Shown in pieces: positions 1 through 12,529 of a DNA stretch of 64,000 nt; position 1 is the stretch's first letter, and every line of letters begins with the position of its first letter. The position numbers and the translations under genes are program-made. The notes below the pieces were generated by a model. The model was not told the DNA's origin. It was given only the letters and a program-made list of their open reading frames with translations, and did no database searches. Source of the stretch: Octopus sinensis (Eukaryota). The DNA lies in contig NC_043001.1 of NCBI RefSeq assembly GCF_006345805.1, forward strand, positions 18,724,001-18,788,000, read 5' to 3'.

Positions 1-51
1 GAAACGTACAAAAGGTAAAAAACTCAATCATGTGTTCATTCTCTACTTGAA

Positions 52-411
52 GCACTCCGTCGGTTACGACGACGAGGGTTCCGGTTGATCCGAATCAACG
101 GAACAGCCTGCTCGTGAAATTAACGTGCAAGTGGCTGAGCACTCCACAGACACGTGTACCCTTAACGTAGTTACAGAGAGTGACAAGGCCGGCCCTTTGA
201 AATACAGGTACAACAGAAACAGGAAGTAAGAGTGAGAGAAAGTTGTGGTGAAAGAGTACAGCAGCAGGGATCACCACCATCCCCTGCCGGAGCCTCGTGG
301 AGCTTTAGGTGTTTTCGCTCAATAAACACTCACAAGCCAGGTCTGGGAATCGAAACCGCGATCCTATGACCGCGAGTCCGCTGTCCTAACCACTGGGCCA
401 TTGCGCCTCCA
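52..411 (-). mobile_element. SINE family B (tRNA-like head), tail type T1, full length
   Basis: Minus strand reads GGAGGCGCAATGGCCCAGTGGTTAGG...GGTTTCGATTCCCAGAC (A/B-box-like head), common body, tail ending CGTCGTAACCGACGGAGTGC; near-identical copy at 30582-30944. Confidence 0.85.
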
Positions 412-774
412 CTCATTCTCTACAAGCACTTGGCAGAAAACATTCATAGTATTGATTGTTTGAACTTGTTCAGTCAACCGTGTCAGCATTAGCTTACGAC
501 GCCAAACATTGTCATTTGATACTAACACACTGACGTAGCGGGGAACCTACAAATATTTCTAAGACCAGTCATGTGACTATCCTTTGCCAATCAAATCCTA
601 TTCAAAACATATGCTAATTTGAGCCATGAACTCCCTATAAAAACAGGGCAAACATCAAACACTTGTCGCAAGCAAGGCGGTTGCGACATAAGCCACGTGT
701 TTCCATTTGAACATTTTGAAAATCAGTGTAAACTGTGAAATCGGTTAAAGCTTCGAATATTTTAATCAAATACA

Positions 775-995
775 TGCATACATGTATGTATGTATGTATG
801 TATGTATGTATGTATGTATGTATGTATGTATGTATGTATGTATGTATCTATCTATCTATCTATCTGAGCCAATATGAAGTGAAGAATCAATAAATATATT
901 TCACAATACCAAATTTATTTGGTATTTACGAGGAAAAGGTTGACAGTGACCACAGAATACACTTTTAGCACACTTCCTTTGCAACCACAAGAAGC

Positions 996-1028
<33 letters not shown>

Positions 1029-1100
1029 CATACATACATACACACATATATATACACACATATATATATATATATATTATATATATATATATATATATGT
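775..1100. repeat. (ATGT)n/(ATCT)n, (ACAT)n and (AT)n microsatellites
   Basis: Simple repeat tracts at about 775-865 and 1000-1100. Confidence 0.95.
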
Positions 1101-1205
1101 AATAGTAGAAATTATTATTATTAAAGAATATTATTAAATAGTATCAATTTCAACCAGTAGTCAGCATACGTAAAAAACGTCCGAGGACCGTGAATTCTGT
1201 TTAAA

Positions 1206-1492
1206 TATAAACAACAAGAGAGACCACAATATGGATCCCTTGTATGCTAAAAATAGACGTCAAACTGTCTTACCACGAAATCTGTTTTCTCAAATTAGCA
1301 AGACGCTAGATGTTTACGAGCTAGACAAATGAAAAGAAATGAACATAGTACTAAGTTGTATGTTTATTCTTTTCATTTGTCTAGCTCGTAAACATCTAGC
1401 GTCTTGCTAATTTGAGAAAACAGATTTCGTAGTAAGACAGTTTGACGTCTATTTTTAGCATACAAGGGATCCACGTAGTGATCTCTCTTATT

Positions 1493-1500
<8 letters not shown>
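1206..1500. repeat. Fold-back inverted repeat, about 140-bp arms, about 11-nt spacer
   Basis: 1206-1347 (...GGATCCCTTGTATGCTAAAAATAGACGTCAAAC...) is the reverse complement of 1359-1500 with few mismatches. Confidence 0.9.
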
Positions 1501-1522
<22 letters not shown>

Positions 1523-1528
<6 letters not shown>

Positions 1529-1610
1529 ACTGGCCTTGTACATACGTGCATATATGGACTGGTCTTGTACATACATGCATATATGGACTGGTCTTGTACA
1601 TACGTACATA
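1523..1610. repeat. 29-bp minisatellite, 3 units
   Basis: ATATGGACTGGYCTTGTACATACRTRCAT x3. Confidence 0.85.
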
Positions 1611-1695
1611 TATATGTATGTATGGACGTTCGTATATGTAAGTATAACGTATGTTCTGTATATATATATATTTGTATTTATGTGCCCATCTGATA

Positions 1696-1757
1696 TATTC
1701 AACTGACGAAGGCAGAGCTTATTTGAAGCAAAGCTAGAAATCCAGGATCTAGAATTA
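1696..1757 (+). ncRNA. Degenerate minimal hammerhead ribozyme motif
   Basis: CTGACGA (1703-1709), weak stem II, GAAA (1737-1740), TCC-A-GGA stem III, ATC site (1747-1749); stem I imperfect. Confidence 0.45.
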
Positions 1758-1969
1758 TCCAGTAAAATCTTTTTTTGCTAGTTTATTTTGTCTCTCTGTC
1801 TCATCTCATGGCACGATATGAACATTTAAGGTGGTTTTTAGAGTCAGGGTTTTGACTGCTATTTCGGCATGGTGGTGTCTCTCAGATACCCTTATTTATA
1901 GTTGTAAGCAATTATTACCTTTGTAATGTATTTATTCCCATGCTGGCCACTTGATAATATCGATATTAT

Positions 1970-2018
<49 letters not shown>

Positions 2019-3444
2019 TATACCTTTACATGTATATCAAAGCAGTGAAGTGGAAGATTAACTAGAGCGTCGGATAAAATCTCTTACTGTATTTCGCTTC
2101 TGTAAGTTTTAGTTTCGAACCCTGCTGAAGTAAACTTTATCAGTCATACTCACGGTCAGTAGAACATCAATTCCTACTAATTCTCTCTGTTCGGATTATG
2201 CCGTAATTCAGACATCCTATCCTCTTACAAAGCGTTACAATGCTTCAGTGTGAGAATATAAAGGATACGTGTGTGTATATAATACTCATCTACATCGATT
2301 TTCATTTTAATCTCAAGAGTGACAATTCACTGAATCTTACAAGTGAATTCTCATCGTAGAAAGATAAGAAAAATTCAACAAACACAAACTTATATATGTA
2401 TATACTTGTATATGAAAGTTTGTGTACAATACATACAAATATATTAAATTAACCTATTTCTCCGCAAACTGAAAATATTATAAATAACCTCAATTAAATT
2501 TCAGCTCTTATTGGTATCTTATCATTGGAGAAAATTCTAGGGAAACTAGCAGCCAATCCGTATTTATACATAGCAAACAATAGCAAGTTTAGTAGCCTCA
2601 GAGAATTGGCTACTAATTCGTGTAGTATAATAAGTGCTTAGCACTATATGAGAGTTCATAAATATATATATATATTCGCACACATACACACACAGAGGCC
2701 ATACAATCGATTTTTCAAACATCGTCCAGCTATCGACATTCCAATAATGTCATATGCATACACATCAGATACATGCCTGAATGTATGCATAAATACAGAA
2801 GTGTGTACAGAAAGGCTATTGAATAGAGCGTGATAAATCACGTGACACAAAGCAGTAGTGGCGGAAGCCAGAAGGACATTTCTGATTATCGATGCGTAAT
2901 TGAGATTAAGTAGCCGATGATAAAATCTGTCACTGAAGAGAAGAGGTTTCGGTGAGAGGCGTCTGGTTGAGGGGAGATTATATCAGACTTCATACCAGGT
3001 GGTCTAGCCTTTCATCTCTTTTCTGGCTAAACCATTAAGGGGATAGCTGTATCTTCTGATCTATCGTCTGCATGACTGGTTTATGCAGACGATATGTGAC
3101 TGTGACTGTGAAAGTGTGTGCTTGTGTACGTGTAGGTAAAATAGACGGTGTGTAGGATGCTGAGTACATTTTAGTGTTGGAATAGTGATATTAAACGAAA
3201 AAAAAATTAAATAAAGTAAAAGCTAACGTGTAAAGGTAGGCAATATGATGTCATTGTTTACCTGTCTACATCACCATATTTGTATGTGCATGTGTGTATA
3301 TATATGTGTGTAGAGGAGGGTTATAAAAATATATTATATATTTATATGTGTATATCTTCGCATTTAGTCTAATGTAATATACATCCATGTTTACTTGTTT
3401 CATTTTATTTTATAAACCTGCCTATATATGTTTCTTTATTACCC

Positions 3445-3565
3445 ACAAGGGGATAAACATAGAGGGGACAGACAACGAATTAAGTCGATTACATCGACCT
3501 CATTGCGTAACTGGTACTTACTTTATCGACCCCGAAAGGATGAAAGGCAAAGTCGACCTCGGCAC
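3445..3565 (-). mobile_element. SINE family C fragment
   Basis: Contains ATCGACCCCGAAAGGATGAAAGGCAAAGTCGACCTCGGC core. Confidence 0.8.
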
Positions 3566-3577
3566 CTGCCTATATAT

Positions 3578-3976
3578 GCGCAGGAGTGGCTGTGTGGTAA
3601 GTAGCTTGCTTACCAACCACATGGTTCTGGGTTCGGTCCCACTGCGTGACATCTTGGACGAGTGTTTTCTAATATAGCCTCAGGCCGACCAAAGCCTTGT
3701 CAGTGGATTTGGTGAACGGAAACTCAAAGAAGCCCCTCATATATATGTATATATATATGTGTGTGTGTATGTTTGTGTGTCTGTGTTTGTCCCCCTAGCA
3801 TCGCCTGACAACCGATGCTTGTGTGTTTACATCCCCGTAACTTAGTAGTTCGGCAAAGGAGACCGATAGAATTAGTACTAGGCTTCCAAAGAATAAGTCC
3901 TGGGGTCGATTTGCTCGACTAAAAGCGGTGCTCCAGCATGGCCACAATCAAATGACTGATACAAGTAATAGAAGAG
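3578..3976 (+). mobile_element. SINE family A (tRNA-like head, internal AT/GT microsatellite, 3' half)
   Basis: GCAGGAGTGGCTGTGTGGTAAGTAGCTTGC...GGTTC...CCCACTGCGTG; ends CAAATGACTGATACAAGTAA; about 20 related copies in window. Confidence 0.85.
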
Positions 3977-3977
3977 A

Positions 3978-4081
3978 ATATATAACAACCTAACTGTGTA
4001 GACAGATACATATGTAAATAGGTGCATACACACATATATTTATAAATACGTATGTATATATTTGTATATATATACATATGA

Positions 4082-4139
<58 letters not shown>

Positions 4140-4147
4140 ATATATAC

Positions 4148-4193
<46 letters not shown>

Positions 4194-4465
4194 GTATATG
4201 TATATATATATATATAATATATATATATATATATACATACATATATATACACGCGTGTGCGTCTCTGTGTGTGTATGTGTGTGCATGTGAATGTATATCT
4301 ATGTATGTACACGCATACACACTCCTACACACATAAACAAACACACACATATACACACATAGCCAATGGTTATTGTCACCGTTATGGCTAAGTGGAATCA
4401 TAGATCTATAGCGATACTTCCATAGATTTGTATGAATATATCAAAGCATGCATGAGTGCCTACGC

Positions 4466-4496
<31 letters not shown>

Positions 4497-4600
4497 TGTA
4501 TGTATGTATGTATGTATGTATGTATGTATGTAGGTGCACACAGACGTGCGTGTGATTGTCTATGTGTTTTGGTATGCATGTGTAAGTGTACACACACACA
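3978..4600. repeat. Compound (AT)n/(GT)n/(ATGT)n microsatellite block
   Basis: Simple repeats; source of several spurious Y/I/C/V-rich ORFs. Confidence 0.9.
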
Positions 4601-4719
4601 CACTCGTCCGTTTGTATTATGTTATTAGTAATACTTTATTTCTAATATCAAATCATTTCATTTCTGCTGGCTAAGAACATCCAACTACAATTAATATCGT
4701 ATGTGGCAAGTGTTCTATA

Positions 4720-5289
4720 TATTGTGTTGTCCGGAAAGTTCATGCCGATTTATAGTAGCTTACATTTCGACTTATTTTAGAACATGGTTGAGACCATGAA
4801 ATAGGATTTGACTACACCTCCATTTAGAGCGCAGTTTAAGCTATCTTTTTGTGAAAGAAGGTTTATGTTCCTATAACCTGTGTTAATTCTGTAACCCTTT
4901 AAAATGGAAGATAAGAAAGTTCATTTTCGGCACTTGATGCTTTGGGAACCAGACAAAAATTGCTGCAGCTCGGCTAGGATGTGTTGCCCCACCCTCCATA
5001 TTCACCAGATATTGCTCCTTCGGATTTCCACTTATTCAGGTCTCTTCAGAATAGTCTTAATGGTAAAAATTTCAATTCCTCGGATGACGTAAAAAGATAC
5101 CTTGATGAATTGTTTGCCATGAAACCACCTCAGTTCTGGGAAGCGGGTATTTTCAAGTTAAAGGAAAGATGGAGACGCATTGTGCAACGAAATGGTTCAG
5201 ATTTGGTTCATTAAAAATGTAATGGCAAGTATTTATTGACCTTTTTCTTTCCTTTAAAAATCAGCACGAACTTTTTGGACAACCCAATA
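4720..5289 (+). mobile_element. Internally deleted mariner transposon (non-autonomous, 570 bp)
   Basis: About 32-bp TIRs TATTGTGTTGTCCGGAAAGTTCATGCCGATTT / AAATCAGCACGAACTTTTTGGACAACCCAATA; N-terminal stub MEDKKVHFRHLMLWE joined out of frame to C-terminal VLPHPPYSPDIAPSDFHLFRSLQNSL (mariner YSPDLAPxD motif). Confidence 0.92.
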
Positions 5290-5442
5290 GATAACAATCA
5301 CTCGTTATCACGAAGTATCGATTTCAAATCCTGATACTGCTTTAGCTTGAAAAGAAGGAAAATGAAACAAAAACTCTGACTTGTAGTGAATATATTACTT
5401 GTGAAGTAATATATTTCTTAATAGTGAAAGGAATAAATGCGA

Positions 5443-5650
5443 CGAGCTGGCGGAATCGTTAGCATACCGGTAAAATTGCTTAGCGGCATTTCGTCCGTCT
5501 TTACGTTCTGAGATCAAATTTCACCGAGGTTGACTTTCCCTTTCATCCTATCGGGTTTGATAAAATAAATGCCAGATTAGCACTAGGGTTGCTGTATTCG
5601 ACTTACACACGTCCCGAAATTGTTGACTTTGGACCAAAATTCGAAACCAA
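5443..5650 (+). mobile_element. SINE family C, degenerate
   Basis: GAGCTGGCGGAATCGTTAGC head...GAGGTTGACTTTCCCTTTCATCC core. Confidence 0.75.
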
Positions 5651-5708
5651 TAATGTAAGGAATTATAGAAACCTTGTCTGTTTGTATACGTATTTGTATT
5701 TATGCGTG

Positions 5709-5711
<3 letters not shown>

Positions 5712-5758
<47 letters not shown>

Positions 5759-5764
5759 ACACAC

Positions 5765-5840
<76 letters not shown>
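5712..5840. repeat. (CA)n microsatellite
   Basis: About 130-bp CA tract. Confidence 0.95.
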
Positions 5841-5843
<3 letters not shown>

Positions 5844-6184
5844 AGTCTATCTCTTTTATACACACAAAGGCACACACATATATGCATATATATTTTTATA
5901 TCTAATTGTGTGTCATTTTAACTTATTGTTTGCATGTGGCTGAAGAATACTTTATGGCATTCTGCAAAGATCAGATCTATTCCACCCACACATCTTCACA
6001 CGCATACGTTGCTGTGTGGTAAGAAGTTCTGTTTCCCAGCCTCATGGTTCCGGGTTCAGACTCACAGCGTGGCATCTTGGGTGAGTGTCTTCTTCTATAA
6101 CCTCGGACTGACCAAAAGCCTTGTGTATGGATTTGATAGACGGAAACTAAAGGAAGCGCAACCTATATATATATAATAGCTCTC

Positions 6185-6725
6185 TTTTTCACTGACCTTC
6201 AGCTTTATGTTAATTACCGCTGAGCAGGTAATTTCTACAACTGTGCACAGTTTCTCTTCCCAATCCCAAACCATTATATCAGGTCTGTTGTGCTTTGCAT
6301 TTTATTGAGGTCTTCACTGGGACATTCCACCAGTATTCTTTTTTATTATGAGTGGCCATGGCTTCTACCATACTGTGGGGTCTTATGTCTTTATTCTCGA
6401 GGTTATACTTCCGACGGATTTCATGAGAGAGTATCCTAGCTACAACATCATGTTTCATCGGTAGATAATACCATGATGACATTTTCGGACGGCAGCTTAT
6501 GATGTGGGTGATATCTTCGTTGTTAACTCCACAAAGACTGCATCAGTTGTCACATTTTACTGCTTTTCTTGCATCTCTTTTCCTTTTGTGCATCAGGTAC
6601 TTGGTTGATATTTCCTGTTCCTGGATTGCAAACGCATACTCTTCAAAGTGGGAGGTAGTAATCCGGCTATTGGTCTATGATAAACTGCTTTGGTGATTAA
6701 TGTTACTATCATCTCGGAGCTTTCT
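6185..6725 (-). pseudogene. R4/Dong-like non-LTR retrotransposon 3' fragment (CCHC knuckle plus restriction-like endonuclease)
   Basis: Manual translation: EEYAFAIQEQEISTKYL...CSLCGVNNEDITHIISC...KHDVVARILSH...WWNVPVKT...HNRPDIMVWDWEEKLCTVVEI, with a stop and frameshift. Confidence 0.8.
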
Positions 6726-8174
6726 ACTAACATATCCATGCATAATCTTCCTTTGTATGTATGTATGTATGTATGTATGTATGTATGTATGTATGATGTA
6801 TGTATGTATGTATGTATGTGTATTTGTTAATTACAAATACGTATATAAATTTGTCCAAATATGTTTTATATTTTTATGCTAGCAATTTCTTAGGCATCCC
6901 TTCAGATAGGAGATAATCTGTGAGATAAGTAGCCAGGCAAAGCAAACAATCATTGTTGAGTTAACAACGGCGGCCTGAGTTACTGAGTGTGACATCTTAG
7001 TCGGCGGAGAGAGACCGTTTGGAACATATTTCAACAAAAAGTACATCGTTATCTGATTTATCTAATGTAACTGTGCAACCACTTAGAACCGGAAGTTGTT
7101 ACAGACGAAGTCTTACTAGTTTGTTATTCGATGTATCACGTACTACTGCTTCCAAACGAAACCAACCAAACAAGAAGTTTTATTTATTTATTTGAAAAAA
7201 AAAATATTATAGAACAATATTTGAAATAAAGACAGACATTTGCAAACGAAATACTGTATGGAAATGTTAAAGAAAATCTGTCGGCAGACAAATACAATGC
7301 AACTACAGTAATTAGCTTTGAGCAAGCCCCGGTGGCTGGAACTATTATTTTGTAGTTAAGAGTGAGATTTAGAAGATGAATATTTCATCACGGACAGTTA
7401 GAAGCTTCTTTGTTGAATAACTGTTAATACTGTAAAAGGCAATCTCATGAATTAATGTGCGTCGCCGATGGCAAATACTTCCATATTATAAAAATCATGA
7501 TTTTCTGGTGTTGCAGTTATGAATTTTCTTATCAGCGATGTTATGAAAATATCGATCCATATTATTTGAAACCAAGGTGTAAGTTCCCTAGCAACAGCTT
7601 CAATCCATCAGATTTGCTAAAGATCAAGAACAAGATTACTAAGGATTAAACGACTGAATTTTTTTCCCCATTTTATTTTCTTGTCGCCACGATATTTTAT
7701 ATTCATTTGTGAGTTCTTACTTTCTAAGAAGTCTTTGACTTCCGCCTGCCACCACGTAGACCTGCAGACACTGATGGATTACTAAGCGTCTTCAAGAAGA
7801 CTGGCGAGGCATCCCTCTACAGGACACTGATGTTTATCCAAGAGTAAAACAAACAGATTGGTATTAGTGTCAGTGGCATTGCAAGTGCTGCTTTTAGACT
7901 GCAAAGACGTCCTTCTCGATCTTATAACAGTTCCGCCAACCGACCTCCTTTGGCAGATACTTTCTTATCGAACCCAAAACGCTGAATTAACCTCGGCATA
8001 ATTTAAACTTAGAGTATAAGGCAGTGTTTCTCAATCGTTTTACCCTTGCGTAACCCTTAAAATAAATTACATGTCTCAAGGAACCCCTGCACAAAAAAAG
8101 AAATTATACACCATATCTTTCTCATATTTCTTTTCATCGTAGTTCACGCAGTAAATATCATACATATATGTAAT

Positions 8175-8385
8175 CTAATGTAACCATGTGTGGATCGTTA
8201 GCGATTTTTTCCCTTCACCTTCTTTTCTCTTGCTCTTTCCTCTGTCTCCTGTTTCTGAAGAAGAACTTTGTTCGAAACGTAAAACTACCTTTCTTTCTTT
8301 CCCTGAGCGTCTGTTAATACTTTGCATGTACCACGTCCTCGCGTTGTTGATTTTTCTTGTGCTTTTTCTTCGTTTTTGTTTTGGA
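8175..8385 (+). mobile_element. Hammerhead-bearing short repeat, family E1 (PLE pseudo-LTR-like)
   Basis: GATCGTTAGC...HHR...CTGAGCGTCTGTTAATAC; homologous pieces at 9885-9975 and 57555-57770 on minus. Confidence 0.7.
8251..8285 (+). ncRNA. Minimal type-I hammerhead ribozyme, canonical core
   Basis: GTTT-CTGAAGA-A-GAAC-TTT-GTTC-GAAA-CG-TA|AAAC: stem I GTTT/AAAC, stem II GAAC/GTTC, palindromic ACGT stem III, GUA site. Confidence 0.8.
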
Positions 8386-8603
8386 ATATACATACATACA
8401 TACATACATACATACATACATACATACATACACACATACATACATACATACATACATACATACATACATACATACATACATACATACATACACACACAGA
8501 CACAGACACATAATATATATATATATATGTATGCATATATCGAGAAGAACAACAGTAACATTGTCCTTTACAGGACTGCTACGTCATGGTGGAATATAAA
8601 CAT

Positions 8604-8689
<86 letters not shown>

Positions 8690-8850
8690 GGGATAATTTA
8701 CAAAAGAAAACGAAGACAGGTGGTGTAGACAACAAACAGATGTATTAGTTTGACGCTCGGGAAGTGAAAAAGTCTTTAACGTTTCGAGCCTACGCTCTTC
8801 CACAGAAAGGAACACAGAAAGAAACAAGGAGAGAAAATAAAGGAGAGAAA
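8690..8850 (-). mobile_element. Hammerhead-bearing short repeat, family E2
   Basis: HHR-like 8774-8809 on minus: CTTT-CTGTGGA-A-GAGC-GTAG-GCTC-GAAA-CG-TT|AAAG; homologs at 19035, 26400 and 58020. Confidence 0.7.
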
Positions 8851-8859
8851 TACACACAC

Positions 8860-8894
<35 letters not shown>

Positions 8895-9721
8895 CACACA
8901 CACACACACGCACATATATATTCCCAATGGTTGTTGTATTCTTTTGATAACATAATAGGTTAGATAGGATGATGCCTAAATTACAACGACCAATAATATG
9001 TTGTGCATGTATAGTAATATTACGATCACGAAACTAGCATTAGCTTATTTCATTCTTTTTCTTGGAACCCCTAGGAACCTTTTGCAGAACCCTAGGGTTC
9101 CGGGGAACCCAGGTTGAGAAACGCTGGTGTAGAAAGTCTGAACAATTACTGCGAAAAAGTCTATTCAAGATCCTAACGGTTCTGCCAATTCTCCGCTTTT
9201 TCCTTGGACAAAACCTCCACCACCACCACAACGACAAAAGTAGCAGCAGCAACAACAACAAGAGCAACAACTATCTTACAGTAGTAATCTAGATGACCAA
9301 AGCCACACATTTACAAGGAAAGTAAATATTCTATCAAACCGGCCTCGGTTCCTGACTGACGCTCGTTTTCTTGGCGAAGAAATAGAGGAAAAGACAAGAA
9401 AATTTGAATTAAGAACATAATTGAAGTAAATTGACTCAAATAAGTTTGATTTAGCAGACCCAAATAATTTCGTTAATATCACGAAGCTTGACATTTTCCA
9501 AGTAGACCGGAAATTCTATTTTGGCAACGTCTTTCGCAAGAGCATTAGCGGCCTAACTAAAATAAAATAGTTTCGACTGATTGGCACTATCGAAAGGGTT
9601 TCTCAACTTTATGCAAACTTCTCTCCGGAAGGAAACAATATAAATTGAAAGACGTTTAAATTATCAAATTGAAAAACATAAGAGGATAGTTGTATGTAAC
9701 AACCAAATAAGAACGTAAAAG

Positions 9722-10325
9722 CTTACTCTCTTTTACTTGTTTCAGTCATTTTGACTGTGGCCAAGCTGGAACACCCTAGGACTTATTCTTTGTAAGCCTA
9801 GCACTTATTCTATCGGTCTCTTTTGCCGAACCGCGAAGGTTGGGGGTACAAACACACATACACACACACACATATATATATATAGTTAATCCAAACATGA
9901 AAGCACAAAAAACACAACGCGAGGACGTGGAACAAATATAGTAATATTGGACGCTCAGGAAAGAAGGAAAGAAGGTTTTGTCCCCTTAGCATTGCTTGAC
10001 AACCGATGCTGGTGTGTTTACGTCCCCGTCACTTAGCGGTTCGGAAAAAGAGACCGATAGAATAAGTACTGGGCTTACAAAGAATAAGTCCCGGGGTCGA
10101 GTTGCTCGATTAAAGGCGGTGCTACAGCATGGCCACAGTCAAAATGACTGTAACAAGTAAAAGAGTATATACGACGGGGTTCTTTCAGTTTCCGTTTACC
10201 AAATCCACTCACAAGTGCCTTCTATTGTAGAAGGCACTTGCCCAAGGTACCACGCAGTGGGACTGAACCCAGAACCGTGTGGTTTTTAAGCAAGCTACTT
10301 ACCACACAGCCACTCCTACGCCTAT
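9722..10325. mobile_element. Rearranged SINE A cluster with nested E1 fragment
   Basis: 3' half (-) 9722-9865, E1 piece 9885-9975, 3' half (+) 9975-10168, 5' half (-) 10170-10325. Confidence 0.75.
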
Positions 10326-10794
10326 TTAATTATCCTTTTGTTTAGTCTTCAACTGCTAACAAATGCGCGCTAACGCGGAGTCTCAACATAATCGCTCCAC
10401 CTGCTATAAATAACAACCAAATTGCCTTTAAATTAGACAGTTTTGAAATGGAGGGATACGTTAGATAATGAAGTTCAACGCAATGTCTCAGAGACTGCTT
10501 CATTCTGTTAAGACTGACGTGGAGCTATACAAAAGCACCTCAGTAAACATTAACGAATATTTGTATTTCTTTAGTGATTAGGATTAAGGCCGTTTTAGTT
10601 AACTTTTAAGGAATGCTTGTAGCGTATTATAATATTGATCTCAGGGTTATGTTAAGCAAAGTAGACCGTTTAACAACTTGAGAACAGAAAGTAGTTTGAA
10701 CCGCCAGACGATCTCGCCGCACTTATGAATGTTTTAAATATAATTTTCTTCTATGTACAAAATCTTATATTGCTGCAGATGGTTATTTGTTTGT

Positions 10795-11148
10795 TGAGCG
10801 AAGCGGTCTTCGTCCCAGAGTGGAAGAAGTCCGAAACGTGGTCCTTTGCTATTCGTAAGATCCGCAGAAGAGAAATCAGGTCAACCCCCGACACCGAGAG
10901 CATCGACGGATGGATGAATGCACATCTAGGCTCAGCGGTTGCGTAGGAAGAAGTCGGGGACAAGAAACACGAAGAAAGAGTGAGAGAAAGTTGGGGCGAA
11001 AGAGTACTACAGGGGTCGCCACCACCCCCTGCCGGAGCCTTGTGGAGCTTTAGGTGTTTTCGCTCAAGAAACACACACACAATGCCCGGTCCGGGAATCG
11101 AAACCGCGGTCCTCCGACCGCGAGTCCGCTGCCTTAACCACTGGGCCT
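10795..11148 (-). mobile_element. SINE family B, tail type T2
   Basis: Family B head and body followed by ...GGACCACGTTTCGGACTTCTTCCACTCTGGGACGAAGACCGCTTCGCTCAAC. Confidence 0.85.
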
Positions 11149-11510
11149 AGTATCGATACCCTAGTATCGATCTATTGCATTTCAATCTGTTTTAGGGTTA
11201 GGGTTAGGGGTGGGGGAAGGGTGTCTTTTTTTCTTCACAAACGTAAATAAACCCAATCTGTTTCTTAAACGAGGGACATATTCATACGGCACAGAATGTT
11301 TTTTTTACCTCAATAGACGTCAGTGATTGGTTGAAATTGCAGAAATTGAAGAAAAAAAACAAACAAATATCTTACAAACTATAGAATTTTCTCAATAAAG
11401 CCAAGAGAAAAAGATGTTTTATAAACACGTTCTACCAGTATACGAAGTTTAAAATTTTTTAGTTACCTAGAAATTATGTTAAAAACTGCCGGTCAAACCG
11501 AAAAGATCCC
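11149..11510. mobile_element. Unclassified interspersed element with short TTAGGG run
   Basis: Abuts and truncates the SINE B head; (TTAGGG)x2-3 near 11193-11210; ends ...CCGAAAAGATCCC. Confidence 0.4.
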
Positions 11511-12173
11511 AATGATCTTAGTGAGTCTGTCTCGATCAACCGGATTCTATACTAGACTGTATCTTTTGATTAAAGTCCTACAACGTTCGTACTTGTGGAA
11601 GTAATGATGTCGCTGGTAATTATTTTACTGTCGGCCTTACATTAGTTATACAATAGCTTCCATGGATCATATAAGTGACTTGAGGACATTTTAAATCCAG
11701 CTAGAAATAGAAGCCATATTGCATAAAGCAAGTGCTTGCTAATGATTGATCTGATGATCTCTGCCGCCCACATTGGACATTCTAATCATAATGATCATAA
11801 GTTTTATTATAATGGAAGCCAATATGTAATACGTAATATGATAATCCAAAACTAATGTCATTTATTTACAACATTCCATACAAATGATGTTCTTCGTTAT
11901 TGACTTAATTGATTTTGTATAGAGAGATTCATTAATGATGCAGATATGAAGGTTCGTTGTATTGTCTAAATGAATAGCAGCCTAACTTCTATCTAACCTT
12001 TCATATAAGTATGGATGTGTACGTACTGACGCATGGATGCATACGCACAAAGATACGTGCATATATTCACACACAACACACAAAGAAGCAGACAGAACAG
12101 ACAGAACAGACAGACAGACAGACATACATACATACATACATACAGACAGACAGACAGACAGACACACACATAT

Positions 12174-12215
<42 letters not shown>

Positions 12216-12529
12216 GGAAAGTTCTGCACATATTTGGAAGCATGGAGATTGGCAAGAAATCTATCTACGAAGTACATTAAGTGCAATTTTTAATTTCTCG
12301 GTTTAAAAGTCAACGAATCTCTTTACTGTGTCGACATCAGTGCTGCGCCGCCTTCGGCAGATTCACGGTTCGATTCTAGTGGTTCATTTTGCTAATATTT
12401 TTTGTATGACGGGAATTTACTCTTTATACAGGATTGGCCAGAAGTCACCCGACAGTAAATCAACACTCCATAAATACTATCTGTAATTCTGTATTGACTC
12501 AAATGGAAAATGTGTCGCTCAAAAAGGAC

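Larger units (their letters stand above)
8022..9126. mobile_element. Probable hAT-type MITE ends enclosing nested insertions
   Basis: CAGTGTTTCTCAA at 8022 and TTGAGAAACGCTG ending 9126; GGAACCC subterminal motifs as in the 59576-59777 MITE; no clean 8-bp TSD. Confidence 0.5.

Noticed and set aside
1-15. GAAACGTA at the window start as the 3' half of a hammerhead
   Set aside because: The core would lie outside the window, so it cannot be judged
52-411. tRNA-like heads of SINE A, B and C as tRNA genes
   Set aside because: Cloverleaves are incomplete and continue into SINE bodies and tails, so they are called SINEs
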